Assembly: GCA_036172245.1 (NCBI GenBank)
Contig: JAYWIR010000010.1
Coordinates: forward strand, 4,712,001 to 4,776,000
Length of the DNA: 64,000 nucleotides
Source: Raillietiella orientalis
Lineage: Eukaryota
Reading direction: 5' to 3'
The position numbers were made by a program, and so were the translations under genes. The notes under the pieces were generated by a model. That model was not told where the DNA came from. It worked only from the letters and a program-made list of their open reading frames with translations, and made no database searches. Positions 50,601 to 63,399 of the stretch are shown here, one piece after another (position 1 is the stretch's first letter; every line of letters begins with the position of its first letter).

Positions 50601-53600
50601 ACCGGATGAGTCGCAGCTTCCGAGTGTCTGAGGAAGCTCGCTCTCGCTTCTCCAGAAGGCGAGCTTGCTGGCCTGACCGAATGCTCCTCCCTCCTTCCCC
50701 GATTTCTTCAAGGCAGTGAGCTGGGAAGTTCCGCGTGAGGTCGCAGCATGAGGACATTCGCCCATCTCTCCGTCCTCCTGCCTCTCCGGGGCTTCTCTGG
50801 AGGTTTCTCTGTTTCAGGAAACGAGGAGGGCTCGGATACGCAAGCAAAGGAGATCTCAGAAGCGGATCGCGGAGATCACTGTGACAACACTAGAGGATGC
50901 GTGAGCGAGAAGACAATCGGCTCCTTTTCTTCGCTCCACAATTCATGGAGGGTCGCGGGAGCCTAACTGTTGAGCTGCCGAGGTCCACTTGGAGAACGAG
51001 CCCTCCGATCCAGAGTCATCCAGTTTCATCCGCAGTTTCGTCCGGCGGCCGGACCGACGACGGAGGAGGTTGCTCTGGTGCCGGTAGGAAAGGCGACTCA
51101 CGTGGACGCATAAGTGGTGTGAGCTGGGGTGATAGTCCGCCTCCCCGCCCCCTTCGCCACTGTCCCCAGCTGTCGAGGGTTCCGACCTGTGGGTCGCCCC
51201 CAGGAGTAGCAGTCCAAACCCTCAGAGATAGTGGAGCCCCGCCACACGTGTGCGAAAAGTGCCTCGTCCTCAAACACCATTGCTAAGGCGGAGGGGGGTG
51301 GCAACCATCCGGAGCGGTTGCGACCCCAACTTGAGGTCTTATGGGCGCTCCTCCTTCCGGACAGCTTCCAACATCACCCGGCGCGCTTTCCCAGCTGCAG
51401 GCTAACTGAACAGAAATTCGGCAGTCGAGAGGTAGAGCTTTCCCTTCCGGATTTTCGCATTGTCTCGCCCCGGATCTGGACCACAGCCGTTTGCACACTG
51501 TTCCGCCGGTTTGCGCGCAAACGGCCTGCAAGCATCCACGCGCGATCGAAGCGGGAAGCTGAGGGGCGAAGAAGGGGAATGCAAGACTGCCCCGAGCCAG
51601 AATCGGATCCCGGAATGAGAGTGCATCTGGAACAAAGAAATGCGGCGAAGCGTTTTCTGCATCCTCCTCCCTTCTCCATTGCAACCGGCTCGTGCTCATG
51701 GTAGAACACGATGCGTGCTTCGCGGATCGCTGCTGCACTTCCTCGTCAGCACACCAGCAGCGTTCTTGAAGCTTCTCTTCCAGAAGTATCCTTGAAATAA
51801 TCGAAAATGACGCAGCGTCCGCACGCAGGAATCCCACGACGGGTTTGATTGCCGCTGCCGATTCCCTGCTTCAGGAATCCCACACGAAAATCATCAACTG
51901 CATCTTTTCCCCCTTTGAAGATGCGGTGTAGTGAAAGCTTCGTGGCTCGTTGCATGCCTGCGATGATGTGATCCCCCCGGAAGGATCAATCGCTTCCAAC
52001 CCGAGTAAGGATCGAAGAGGGGAGGCAAGGAGCCAGTAGCTCCTGGTTTCTGCCAGCGGAGCAGAGCGGTCTCCGACGGTATGGAAGGGAGAGTAAGCAG
52101 GTGCTGGGAATACCACCGTGCCCATGAACCAATCCGAGCCTCACAGGAAAACTCTTCGCGCCAGCTGACGGTTCGCTTAGCGTGGAGTATTCCGTGTGAG
52201 AAGTTCCCTTGGTAACGGTTGTTTCCAGCCCACATTCCTGATATGCAAATTCTTCTGGAGAACTCCTTGAAGAGAATCCGCAACTGTGGCTACTATCTGG
52301 TTAGGGTGAAGCAGAAGGATTAGAGGAGTTGGGATTTGCAAAACCTTTGCTGCCAAAAGAGGAGCCAAAAAAAAAGCGGACAGGAACCTGCGAACACAAG
52401 AATTCGACTGTCGGTCCAGGAATGCGCGTTTCGGATCTTTGAGACTTTTCTGAATCTTTAAAATAGGAATGTTTTCAAGACTACACGCAAACTGATGAGG
52501 AAATTCCGAACATGTGCCGGAGAAAATGGGATCCATTCCAGAGGACGCGGAGTTAGATGCTATGGCTCCAGGTTTTTCCAAGGAACGAGCAGCCCGTCTT
52601 TTCGTTCAAGAGCGAAGCTCCGCGTGATCTCCTAGCCTGGTAGGAAAAGCCTGGGGCGCACTGAAGACAAGTTGAAAAGACCCGGGACTGGGTTTCGGTA
52701 CTCCCATAAGAGCTATGCGTCTTCCAAGTCCGGCCTGGTCGCCATGGCTACGTGTTGAATTTTTTCCACTCTATTGTTTGGAGAGCAAGTCGGCATCGAT
52801 TCTCGATCCAGCGCTCTTCGAAAAACAAGTCGGCGTCGCCAACGCAACGGAGAACCTCACACGACGGAGCTGACCGGTGAAGTTCCCACCTGTTCCCGTT
52901 ATCCGTAAAAATTAGGTGATCTGGTAGTTCGTTTAAATGCCGGCGCAGTAACTGCAATCAAGAAGCCCAAAGGAAACTCTTCTGAAATCAAGAAATTCAA
53001 ATATCTGTCGACCCAACATGTCTAGTAGAAATCTAGAACCCAACTGTGTTTTACATTCCTTCTAGACATGATTGCACAATCCCTAGGGATATTGCCAAAA
53101 TCGTTACAGCCAAATAAGATGAGAAAACCAACCAACCAACCTACTTATGACCATCCTCAGCAGAAGCACCAACTGTAAAGGAAGTAGGGAAAACCCGAAA
53201 TTCCTAAGAAGAACAAATCAAATAAGCATACCCCATGATTTTACCACCTGCAGAAGATATCGAAAGCTGACGTCTTTGACATGAGCCCTGAGGGGGGAAG
53301 AATGGTTTTATAGATTTTTATTTCTAGAGGCAAGAAACAGTTTGTAAGTTTCCTCGGCCTATTAGGTCCACCTTGACAAGCATATTTGGCGTTTTTCAAA
53401 ATACCTATTCGATCTGCCTATTCATAGATCACGGACCTGACTCTTGCAACAGCAAGAATTCATCAACCCAGACCAACTTGACAGTTCGCAAGAATACAGA
53501 AATCCGATTTACGAAAAGTATTTCAGAGTTCGTTCTGGAGACTTGCCTGGAAATGGAAGCTGCATTAGAACAGTTAACCTCAAGTATGGAAGCGGCTGAC

Positions 53601-56487
53601 TGCAGCACTTACGGCGTATTTGCAATGACCTTGACCAAGTTTTCAAATGCTTAGTCTCTTTACAGGAACAGGATGAAAATCGGTCAAAGATTCTAAAAAA
53701 GTACTTCTTATGGATCATTCCCTTCCTTCCTGATCTAAAAATCGATTTTAACTTGATGTAAACACGAGCTTTCAATTGGGTGGTGTGCGGTTAGAGGAGT
53801 TTCTCAAAAATCCGCTGACGTCACTAAGAGCACGATAAGTAAATCACATCTACAAACTGCTCTCCATAAAAGCCACCGACGTTCAGCATGAATTGGGACG
53901 CTGCTATTAGCACATTGAGATTAAGAATATTCTGTATTCTCTGAAAACAACAGTTTTCGAGTCCATTATCTTTTCTTGTGTATTTCATGCGGAGCACGAA
54001 ACAGATATGGAGATGTTTTCATGCTCGATCCTTCTGAGCTGCCCAGTGCATTCACATTCGGCTCTGCGCGGAAGATCGAATGCGATGGTCACGTCTGTTA
54101 ATTGCTGCGATCTGTGGCTCATGCCATAATGCCTTCACAGCTTCACGAGTCTTCCCCTAGACGATTTTCAAGATGTACTGTTTCGTTGACCACGGTTCTT
54201 CGGTGCATCATGAAATGATTCATCCGAGTCCACAGAGACACCGACTAGTCATTTCCCCGGGATCTCATTTGATCTCCTATGCCCTGTCATAAAGGTGTCC
54301 CGGAGTCTCGTCAGCAACAACGTAGAACAGGAATGGCAATCCCACGGTGAATTAGTTGCAGATAATTAAAGTAAGGAATTTTTTTTAAACAAAGTACACT
54401 AATCAGTTCTTGTACTGTACAGTTATAGTGCGCACGTAAAAGTACGAAATGCAACTAAAAGAATTCTGCAACCGGATTACCACTAAACATTCGATTATCT
54501 GCTATTTCCTGTTCTGATTCTTTTCATCCGTATTACTGAGAAAAGATTCTTATTAAGCCTGCAGATTTTCTGGGACAGCTTTTGCCCTATCACTTGTACG
54601 AAATAGAAGAAACAGCACGAAAAATTTTCGCATCTCATTGGCACTCTTTCCAAACGCAACTCTGCGCTCATGTCACGATCGGTTTCATTTTCTCCTTAGC
54701 TTTTCTGATCACGCATCCTTGTAAAGGGTATGAATTGCCAAGAAATTCTCCCTGAATCCCTCCTAGTTTCGTGATTAGCATTCCTCCTCTCCATCTCCGA
54801 TGATCCTCTCAAAAACAGAGAGGCATCGCGCTTCTGTGCTCCGAGATAAATATTTACCAGTTGCTACTGCTCCCTTCTGGATTGAAAATCTTGCTTCTCT
54901 GATCATGAGAACTCTTGGTGATCAAGAGTCCTCTTATGCAGGTTTCCTTCGGCAGAACCGTACATTAATGGATCTGCGTGAAGATCCATCTCGTCTGTTG
55001 GTAGTAAAACACCTCAACAGTATCGGTCTTCAGCACCTATTCGGGATTACATTGGCTCAACAGATATTCAAATCTGCTTCATGTTCGAAAATCTTTGCTC
55101 ATGAGTTCTCGGAATCTCTGCTGATGTTACTGTGAGCAAGTGTTGAATTCCTCCCAATGAAGACGAATCCGGATCTGTCCATGTCGTGGCTGCAAGCTTT
55201 TCGTTCTCACGAGACGAACTCCAAGGTTCTCGTCTTCTGATGACAGCTAGACATCCACTTCAGAGACATGTAGCTGGAGAGTTTTGATTTCTTCAGGTCT
55301 CCTTCCGAGTCCTTGCTCCAAGCGTGCCCAGGCATCGCTTCATCGGCAATGAAGCACGAGATGTCTCGCGCCGGGTCACATTGAGTTTCTCCGGAAATTC
55401 TCATTGGGATTCCCCTTCACCTTGCAGTCGCGGTTGCGAGCCTCTCTTCGCTTTCGTTCCTCTTCGCTGCAGTACAGTCCGAAGATCTGGCGACCCACTG
55501 CGAAAAAGGATCTAAGCATCTGTTTCCATCGACCTCCATGAACTCTCTCCCCCCCTGCCTGGCCTCCCTTCCACACACACACATACACACACACACAAAG
55601 CACTTTGAAGTTGGGATCTCATTGAGTTTGAAACCTAGGTAACTTGTGACGAATGCCTCCTGCTCGTACCCGCCGGAATCTACCGAGGGTAGATGGTGCT
55701 GCGCTTCACTCGGAGGCTGCGAAGAGTCAAACAGACCTGTGGTGGCGCACAGTCGTTTCTCAATCTCTGAAATCAAGTCTTAATTTCCGACATTCGACCT
55801 TAATCCAGACTTGCGCGTGTTTTTCATTTTTTTTTTTCTCAGTACGCTTCCCTCAGATATTCTGACCATGAGCTATCTACCGGAGTGCGAACCAATTAAT
55901 TGATTTTCAACCTCTGTAAACTACTTTTGATAGCCGACTACTAGCAGAGTCAGCATTTCGAAAATCGGTTTTTCTTCTCGAAAAAACGAAAAAAGGAAAC
56001 ATCATAATGAACCGGATATGATTACCTTGAATTTCTCCAGAATCTCATAGCGACTCAAGAGCTCACAGGTCAGGTATTTCATTGGGAAACCACCTGACTG
56101 GTGGGACAGACTGAAAACGTCGAACTCCCACTTATCGACATTCTGGAAATCAAAAATGAAGTGAACATTCCAGGAACCCTACTGTTTGTTCACCGCACCC
56201 GCAAAAACGCACCACAAGGACATTTTTCCCTTACCTTCAAATTCTCGGAAACCCCGGGGGGAAACTGCAAGCAGGAAGGACTGGTCACCCTCCTATATAG
56301 TTTGTCCACCAGTATACCGGCTCGGATGGCATTTGCTACAGAGCGAAATTTTCTTCTCTCATCACTCTTCTTTTTTTGCGCTTGATCCAGCTGCCTCGTG
56401 AACGTGGATGCTAGCCACTCCCTGACCTCGCTGGGCACAGAGTGTGGTTCCACTTCGGAGAGTTCATCTTCAGAGTCGGTTCTCTTG
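38619..56487 (-). CDS. PDE1: Ca2+/calmodulin-dependent 3',5'-cyclic nucleotide phosphodiesterase 1 (5'-partial; 9 coding exons in window)
   Basis: Exons 56487-56235 (EDELSEV..VPSEVREWLASTFTRQ..KFRSVANAIRAGI), 56142-56026, 50242-50102 (NPYHNNIHAADVTQT), 49293-49124 (AALIHDFEHSGTTNNF..LYNDRSVLENHH), 41294-41133 (VIDMVLATDMSSHF), 39212-39010 (DISHPSK..EEFFRQGD..PLCDR..ESQIG), 38966-38826 (FIDFI.EP), 38761-38675, 38632-38619 (stop). All GT-AG and in phase. Confidence 0.95.
42900..44744 (+). mobile_element. Decayed LINE ORF2 C-terminus followed by hairpin-array 3' segment (copy C, ~44290-44744) and A-tail
   Basis: Motifs YLKYL, RKLY../PHLEYS, CGLPKS, RGKGFYARS, a degenerate zinc finger (ICGE), ORF end RVLKQLQ*MWKEK (~44175). 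Then the same hairpin units and GAACGGTTCTTCAGTGCTTAGCGATTC-A7 end as copies A and B, with no tRNA head. Confidence 0.6.
45050..48590 (-). mobile_element. Decayed L1/Tx1-like element (ORF1 knuckles, EN, partial RT) in a PDE1 intron
   Basis: GHFAAR and CHLAAD knuckle-like remnants (~47340-47410); ALIILLVIS (GDFN-region-like, ~46470); MLFYIQGISEAF (D.EKAF-like, ~45370); GC-rich 5' region. Highly degenerate. Confidence 0.45.
48742..48846 (+). repeat. 105-nt polypurine (GA-rich) tract
   Basis: Only G/A apart from two T (48761, 48778). Confidence 0.9.
49441..49482. repeat. 20-bp perfect inverted repeat (2-nt loop) containing three phased kappaB-like decamers
   Basis: cgtgccgggactttccggga-ag-tcccggaaagtcccggcacg. 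Confidence 0.9.
51100..52960 (-). mobile_element. Decayed tyrosine-recombinase retrotransposon (DIRS/Ngaro-like): RNase H and YR remnants
   Basis: Ordered motifs: HLIFTDN (RNase H TDN), HRIFKG, AAAIKPVVGFLRADA (FGFLR.SE box), FLCSRCTL...IPLL (LCPV..L..PLF), SLRVWTAT..GDP.....SWGQWR (HSLR.G.AT...G+W). Frameshifted. Confidence 0.55.
55572..55597. repeat. (AC)n microsatellite
   Basis: cacacacacacatacacacacacaca. Confidence 0.9.
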
Positions 56488-59400
56488 CTGGAACATAAAT
56501 TTATTGGAGTTCTCTCGTAAAGCCACTGCCGCATGAATGAGTGAGATTTCTACTGAGTTCTCATTGCCGGAAACGTGCCCATTTTCTCTTTGCTAGCCAC
56601 TTCCTTTCCACTCTCCCTCCCACCATACTCTATCATTTGATTCCGTCTTCCCTTGGAAGGCAACAACAATGCAGCGAGATCTTAATGAGAACAACGGCGG
56701 ATGAATTTGAAGGGGAAACCGCAAGTTCCTCTAATGAGAGAAGCAGTATTAACTGGATGGGTTTTTCTGATGTCCACAGTTCTTCTAGACACGAAGATGT
56801 ATGTAGCTTTGAAAAGCTGGACATCTACTTCGGAGTGATTTTCGTTCCAGAAGAGGATTTCATTTTTCCAATGTCGTACATTCCGCGGAGAATGTCTTTC
56901 CGAAGACTTCTTTTCCTCTATAGCTTCTATTGCTTACCGGTCATGCACTTCTTGCCATCTAAAAATCAATTCCTGCACGAAGAGAGCGAAAAAACAAACA
57001 AATAAACAAACAAGCAAAGAATTTGCATCGTTCAGCTCGTAAGATCCTCTCAGCGGTGTACTCTAAAAAAAAAAAACAGAAAGTCCTAAAAATTTCGGAT
57101 CTCCAAGCGCTGAAGCTTTCCTCGGTATCTAAACTATGGCAGCCAGCACCGAAACCAGCACAGAGAATGCTTTTTCGATGAAAGATGTCTATACCGGTGA
57201 GCGAAAGAGCACACAACTTTTGGCTCCTTGAGAAAAGAACGGAAAAAAATTGTGAATTTCTTCAGATGAGGATTTTCTGCTTTCCATTTGGGAATGTTTA
57301 TGTGGTTCTCGTTCACTCAAATCTGTCTGAGAAAACATGGGGATGGTCACCTCATTGCATTTCGCGGGCATTCCAGACCACGTGTGCTCCTCTTGCAGCC
57401 ACGTGAGCTTTGGAACAGATCGATCACTTTCGAACCTTTGGAAGATGATAAGAATGAAAATCACAGGTAACGTGTCAGGGGTTAACAAGTCAGTCATGAA
57501 GTCAGTTGGGACACGAACAGGCAGCAGAGAACTGAGCAAATAGGTGTCAGTTTCTGAAGCAGCCTGCAACAGTAAGACAGAAGGATTAAGAAAAGATCAA
57601 AACCCCAATGATGTTTTGCAAGAGATGATGGAAGTGCTGTTTTACCCTGTCAGTGAGCCAATTCATGAGAATAAATGGAGACTTGGATAGAAATAAGAAG
57701 ACGGTGTTGTGAATGAATGACACCATTGTGAACTCACTAAATTCTCAAATTTTTACAAGAAGCAGCAAGATGACTTGCATAAAATTAGAAGAAGTCTCTT
57801 AACAGTTTGGTGATTCAGAAATCACTCAAGTCTTGTAAGAAGAAAGAAAGCAACTCACAAAAAGAAGTGCCTGAATGACGAAAGGTTATGTTTGCTGAGA
57901 CCCCCAGCCATTAATCGCAATTGCTGGAAGGTTTACACTGATCCTACCTAGTCTTTACCTCTAGCCCAGATGGCGATTCTAATTGCAAGGGCTTGCATGC
58001 ATTCCCAATTGCAAACGTTGTAGAGCATTTCCTAGAGACGTGCCTGATGGAACGGTGAGTGCCGAGCCGGATACTAACTGTACCAAGTATGCGGCATTGA
58101 TAGAAGGAAAAATCACTAATCTCAGGATGGATGAAATCTTTAGAAGAAACCTCTTATCTGAGAGCGAGTTTCTATCGTTTTGTATCCTTCCTTGACCTTG
58201 GATGAATACTCCAGCCATCGAGACAATGATTTAGATACGTATTCTGCTTGCTGTATGGGATTCTAACCGGTGTCCGTTGCACTTGAGTTGCAGATTCCAA
58301 TAAGTTTGGAGAAAACAAGCTGGAATTGCTTTCAATATTTTTTGTTTTAAACGAGAAAAGGATAACAGCAATGATCTATCATGGAATGCAGATTCGATAG
58401 GAAGGATTAAGTTGCATAGGGAAGGCGTATTCGTTTCACATCTGCTGTAAATGAAAAGAGAGAAATCAAAGGAACGAAACGTAGGACTAAGGGTAGCTGT
58501 GACTTATATGAGATGGTGATCAACGTGGTGAAGCATGCATCCATGTGATTCAGTTTTTCCCTATAGATTGGTTAGACTGGGATATACTGTGCCGAATTCA
58601 CGGGGGTGCCAGTTGCCTCTAGCAAAAGAGACAATCCCAAGAACAACCTCTGTTTTAGCTCCTTTTCCCGGTTTCTCAACTTTCAATTTTTGTTACCAGG
58701 CGCATGCCAGACTCGTCATAATTAGAGCTGGAAACGACTACATCGAAAAGCGTGTGTGTGTGCCATTCGAAAGCAAAACACACACACACATACACAAAAG
58801 AGCGCTGTACACTTTCAATAATATCCATGTTCATTCCTGCTCCAGGTAGAGTGGAAAATTTTGCATCTTTCCAATTTTCAGTGAACATTCATCCAAACCC
58901 AGGGGTTCACCAATTCTTCACTCTTATTTCGGTACATTATGCTGTGACCCTGCAAGCGTTTGTATCTGCTGGATGATTCCTTCCTTTTTTGCCGTGTCAT
59001 TCTTTAATGATGAGGACATTTTTGACACAGTTTGAACCTGCTATGCTGGTTAATGTGAATCTTACATTCCACATACAATCCTTACTATCCAGGAATCGTT
59101 TCTCGGACTTTTTGGCCAAGATCAAAGTGTTCTGATCAAAGTCCACATTTCAGTTTACTGTTTAGATGTAAAGAAATGTTAGATGTAAAAACTGTTCTTA
59201 AGTGTGCTTGACTAAAAACACAGGATCCACTGAAAGCCTGCTAAGCAAAAGCACTCTAGCGAAAGGAAACTAGGGCTGCAGAGTATAAGGTTTCTTAGTA
59301 ATCGCGGTTTCAAAGACGTTCGTACTCTGCGGAAGATGATTGAAAGTTCTAGAGAGAAGATGTTAGTTGTTCTCTCTTTGTCCTTTCCTAGGCTTCCGAT

Positions 59401-61399
59401 TTCCGAGCTCTGTTAGCATCATTCAATCTTTGTTTACTGAGAAGTCTTTTCACTCTGAAGAGTAAACATGCCATCCATGATCGCGGAATCGATTTTATGC
59501 TGTGACAAATAAAAAAGAAAAGAGGAATATTTCGGAGGGTACTGAGAAAATCTTCCTGCTAAAGCTGCAGCTTGACTGACAAACTTATGAGCCAATGATT
59601 AGGTTTTGTGAAAGCGAACACATTTTATCCTCAAAATTATCCCTTATTCACTTCCCACTTTCAGACACGACATGCTATTATCTGAAAAGTAAGCCAAGCT
59701 TTAAGACCAAATGTGACACTCGGTAAATAAAAGCAGATGTGTATGCCGGGAACATTTTCCGATTTTGAATTCTTCCTCTCTAAACCACCAGTTTCAAGTC
59801 TGTCAGATTGTTTCTCTGACCAACGAAAATGCTATGAGAATGTTTCCTTCGTTAGTGCTCTAAGAGCAACAGCAATATGCCTGCATTATAATTTTCACTT
59901 TTAACAGTCGTTATTAGAGTATTCATGAGTAATGATCATCCTAAACACGATGATAATCGAATTATCATTGGTACCGTTCATTCTCATCAGTATTTCATAC
60001 ACAAAAGTATATAGCTAATGGTCTGTAATACCTGCAACGTCTTTTTTCTTCCAAGATAACTTCCTTTCAGCTGCAATTTTAACTTGAGGAAACCTTTAAT
60101 GTGATGCAGATGCCCAGAAATGACTCGTCATCCCACTCGTGTCAGAACGGTCCAGTTTTAAATTGCGCAAGTAGTGTATGAACCCATGTACACTTTCACG
60201 CTTGAGACTCCTCAGTGGACATGGCAGTCACTTATGCGAAAAGCACTCTCTCCAGTTTCACTGAGAACTTGAAGGCGCGGAACGAGTCGGCAGCCTTTGT
60301 GCTTAGATCGGAATCCTCTTCGGGAACGTTTGCCTCAGAAATTCCCAATTTTTGCGGACAACGGAGATAAGAGCATTTCATCAGAAGTACTCGAAAAACA
60401 CTCTCCTCCTTCCGGGGGGACTTAATCTGCTTACCAGTGAACCATCAGTAAATATTGGTATTTCTCTCCGAAAAGGACGAAACCGTGCGTGGTTTTCGTC
60501 CTTGAACTCACTCGGCGAACAACCAGATTTCTGAAGTTAGGCGTTGCTGTTTGTTCAGCTAGTGGTCTGATAATCTGATCCCTCTCATTTGCTGCCAAAT
60601 TAAAAGAACTCCCCTGGCTCGAGGGGCTTCAACGTTCCTGTCCGCACGGAAACCCAGCGGATGGTGCTGTGATCCTTCTGAAGACTGACCTTGATCGGAG
60701 TGACCGTCAGCGACACCATGGAATCGACACCCCGAAGATATAGTTTTCCCATAAACTGCATTCTTCTGTCTAAGGGTCTCGTCTGACTTTTAGGTTGCTA
60801 GGAGCTCACGTCGTCGTTCACTTATTAAAACGGAACGCAAGAGAAACCAACTTGAGGAACGGACGCTCACACGTCGCAATGGAAATATGGAAATGACGGA
60901 GTTTTCAGAAGTTTTCCCCCGGCAGCTTCCTTCTCATGATATGACGTGAAGAATAGACAATTCTGACACGCTTCGGAATAAAAGTTGGTAATGGGGTGGT
61001 TTTATGAAAATCCTGCGAAAAAGCGGAACTTGCTAAAATTTACACAGTTGTGGTAGTTTTGACCAAGTGTCCGCTCTAAAGCCTCTTCGTATAATAACTA
61101 TTTTTTGCTAAGCCGCTGTTCTTGGGAAAACAAGTGCGGAAGCTAACTTGCTTTCCGGTCAGCATCCTTATCCTCGTCTGTCACTTGCCCTGGTGTCTCC
61201 GAGAATTTCTTGTACTTAAAACACACCTTATTTAAGAAAGTTTCAAGATCCTCTACCCATTTTGCCATAATATTTTGGAATTGATGGACTGAAGTTATGT
61301 AAGAGCAGTTAGTTATTCATCTTGTCACCGACACAGTGCTTCTCGCTATCCGTAGATGTGTTCCTTGTATTTCTTTTAGTGTTCTTTACTTCTTAATCA

Positions 61400-62520
61400 C
61401 TGCTATTCAAAAAAAATGTCGAGATTTTCATCGTTTCTATCTTTGTCTTTTCGTAGAGTTTTTACATGAAATTCATTCGTTACTCCTACTTATTCATCTT
61501 CCTCTGATCTTCACTCTGTTTTTCATACTTCTATACCATCTTCTTTTCTCCGGCTGAGTTCAGCAATTGCCATGGCTTGGCTCAGTAGCAATCCATGGCA
61601 TGAGTTTCAGGTTCAAGAGACCAGACTCCTTTGTACTCAGTACACCTACTAGTTCGCCTTTTGTTTGATCTCTCATCTGACCCCCCCTTTGCAAAAGAGA
61701 TAGGTTTTCCAGTGATAAAGAAATGCTCTTGTTCACGATACTGGAGCTTGTTGAAAGAGAACTCCTTGAAATGATATCCCTTCGAAAGACCTTCTCTGTC
61801 TGCGCATGTCTTAGCAGCATTGTGTGTATCCTGTCGAGAATGAGTGTACGATGAACTTTCCCAGGAAAGGCCTCCTCAGGGCTGCCAGATACTCTTTTGC
61901 GATGCATGAAATAATGGCAACAAATTTCTCATGCAAGTAAAAATATCGAAAACTGAAGATAAAAGGCATATGGGATCAGTTACTGGATGATAGATTTCTC
62001 TCTACTCCGGCCCCTTAGGGAGATGCTTCGCTTGTGTTCAGCATCTTTCGTCAACATGTCGAAGTGCCAAGCTCAGTGTATGTGTGCTTCCAAGAAAAAC
62101 ACGGCGCCCTTCCTCAGCGTACACGCGATGATTCAAAGTATCAAGTCACTTTTAACCGCATCATCCTAAATGTTCTGAGAACCCTTAGGCAATGCGTGTG
62201 CAGTTTCTGTTTAACATATAGTGAGTGAGGTTTGAGAACAATCTAGCAAAGGTGGAATGATGAGTGGGTTCCCGAATATAAAGCTTGAAAAAAGTTCACA
62301 AGGATCGAAAGTCCGCTCATAAGGAAACGAGCATCTTGCAGTTGGTATTGCACCATTTCATTGTGTTTTCTCTTCTGATGATATAAATCAATTGCTCCTG
62401 TCTCTCCGGAAGAGGAACTGATGTGTACGACAAAGTTCTCAGGGGAACTATGCAAGGGTCTGCATTAAGCTCGAGGATATAACAAGATAACAACCAGGAA
62501 TACTTCCAAGGTTGCTGGGG
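61400..62520 (-). mobile_element. Decayed R1-clade-like LINE ORF2 C-terminal remnant
   Basis: Ordered motifs: CYILELNAD (YLG+.+D), ALYSG..SS, LRVLRTFRMMRLKV, GKVHRTLILDRIHTMLLRH (GR.T..LIP.I..W+.R.H), YLFCKGG (zinc finger-like). Confidence 0.45.
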
Positions 62521-62899
62521 AAGCGAAATCACAGATTTCATGGAAACGTTGGGTTCGAATCCGCAGTGTCATTAAGAGCAGTGCGAGTTGGGTAGTGAAC
62601 GCGAAGAAGGAAGCAAGAAAGCCATTCGTTGAACCGATTCCAACTCAGTGCATTCACCAAATAGCAGATGGAGTTGAAGATGCAAAAGAAATCTTTTTCG
62701 TTGGATACCTATGCTCTCCAGACGGTGGCTGATTAGAGATTCTGAGAATCAGACCAAAGATTAGTAAAACTCAACTACTGATGACGTTCTCGCTGTTGAC
62801 CAAGTGGTTTTAAAGCCCGATAATATTCGGGAACTGTCTCTGTTTTCAACAATTCTGAGAAAACAGGGAGGATGGAGATGTCTACCGTCTGCGATTCAT

Positions 62900-63340
62900 C
62901 ACCATAGTCTATAGTCTAGTAGTCCACGAGCTATCTATCCAACTAACTATAGTCTATTCATCTATCTCCCGTAGAGCATGAATAACTTCTACAATCAATC
63001 CATCTACCACCATATGATTAACACGTCTGACTATTTGATCCCTAAATGTAGATGGATGCAGATTGTTCCTCAAAAAACAAACACACACCCATGCACTTTA
63101 TCATACCCTGTTTTTTACCAGCTTTTCATCTCTTATATCTTTCATGATGCTTATCCTTTTATAAGCACACCTTCTGTCCCAGAATTTCTATCCAAATGAG
63201 TATCTTTAGAATTAATTCCCATTTCACCTGCAATCATACCCATCTCATCTTCCTCAATTTCACTCCTCAACTATCTCATCATCACTCACCCTTTTTGCAT
63301 TAATCAAACTTCACCATCCTCATGCTCCTTCTCTTATTCC
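62900..63340. repeat. Low-complexity G-poor (ATC/CT-rich) tract, degenerate microsatellite
   Basis: Repeated atct/tcat/ctat words with a strong G deficit on the + strand. Confidence 0.6.
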
Positions 63341-63399
63341 TCCTTGCGTGAATGAGATGCAGCCTGTCAAGAGTTAGAAATCCGACGTGCAAGAATATT

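Noticed and set aside
52492..52515. Minimal hammerhead ribozyme (CTGATGA-GG..CC-GAAC)
   Set aside because: Core reads GAAC rather than GAAA and no convincing stems I/III. Other CTGATGAG hits (~5674, ~12738, ~44023) also lack the core.
57300..58250. Plus-strand LINE ORF2 remnant
   Set aside because: Only vague resemblance (NLWKMIR..ITG; PIANVVEHFLE); too weak to call.
62551..62562. Isolated B-box GGTTCGAATCC as tRNA or SINE head
   Set aside because: No clear A box, cloverleaf, or similarity to the SINE copies.
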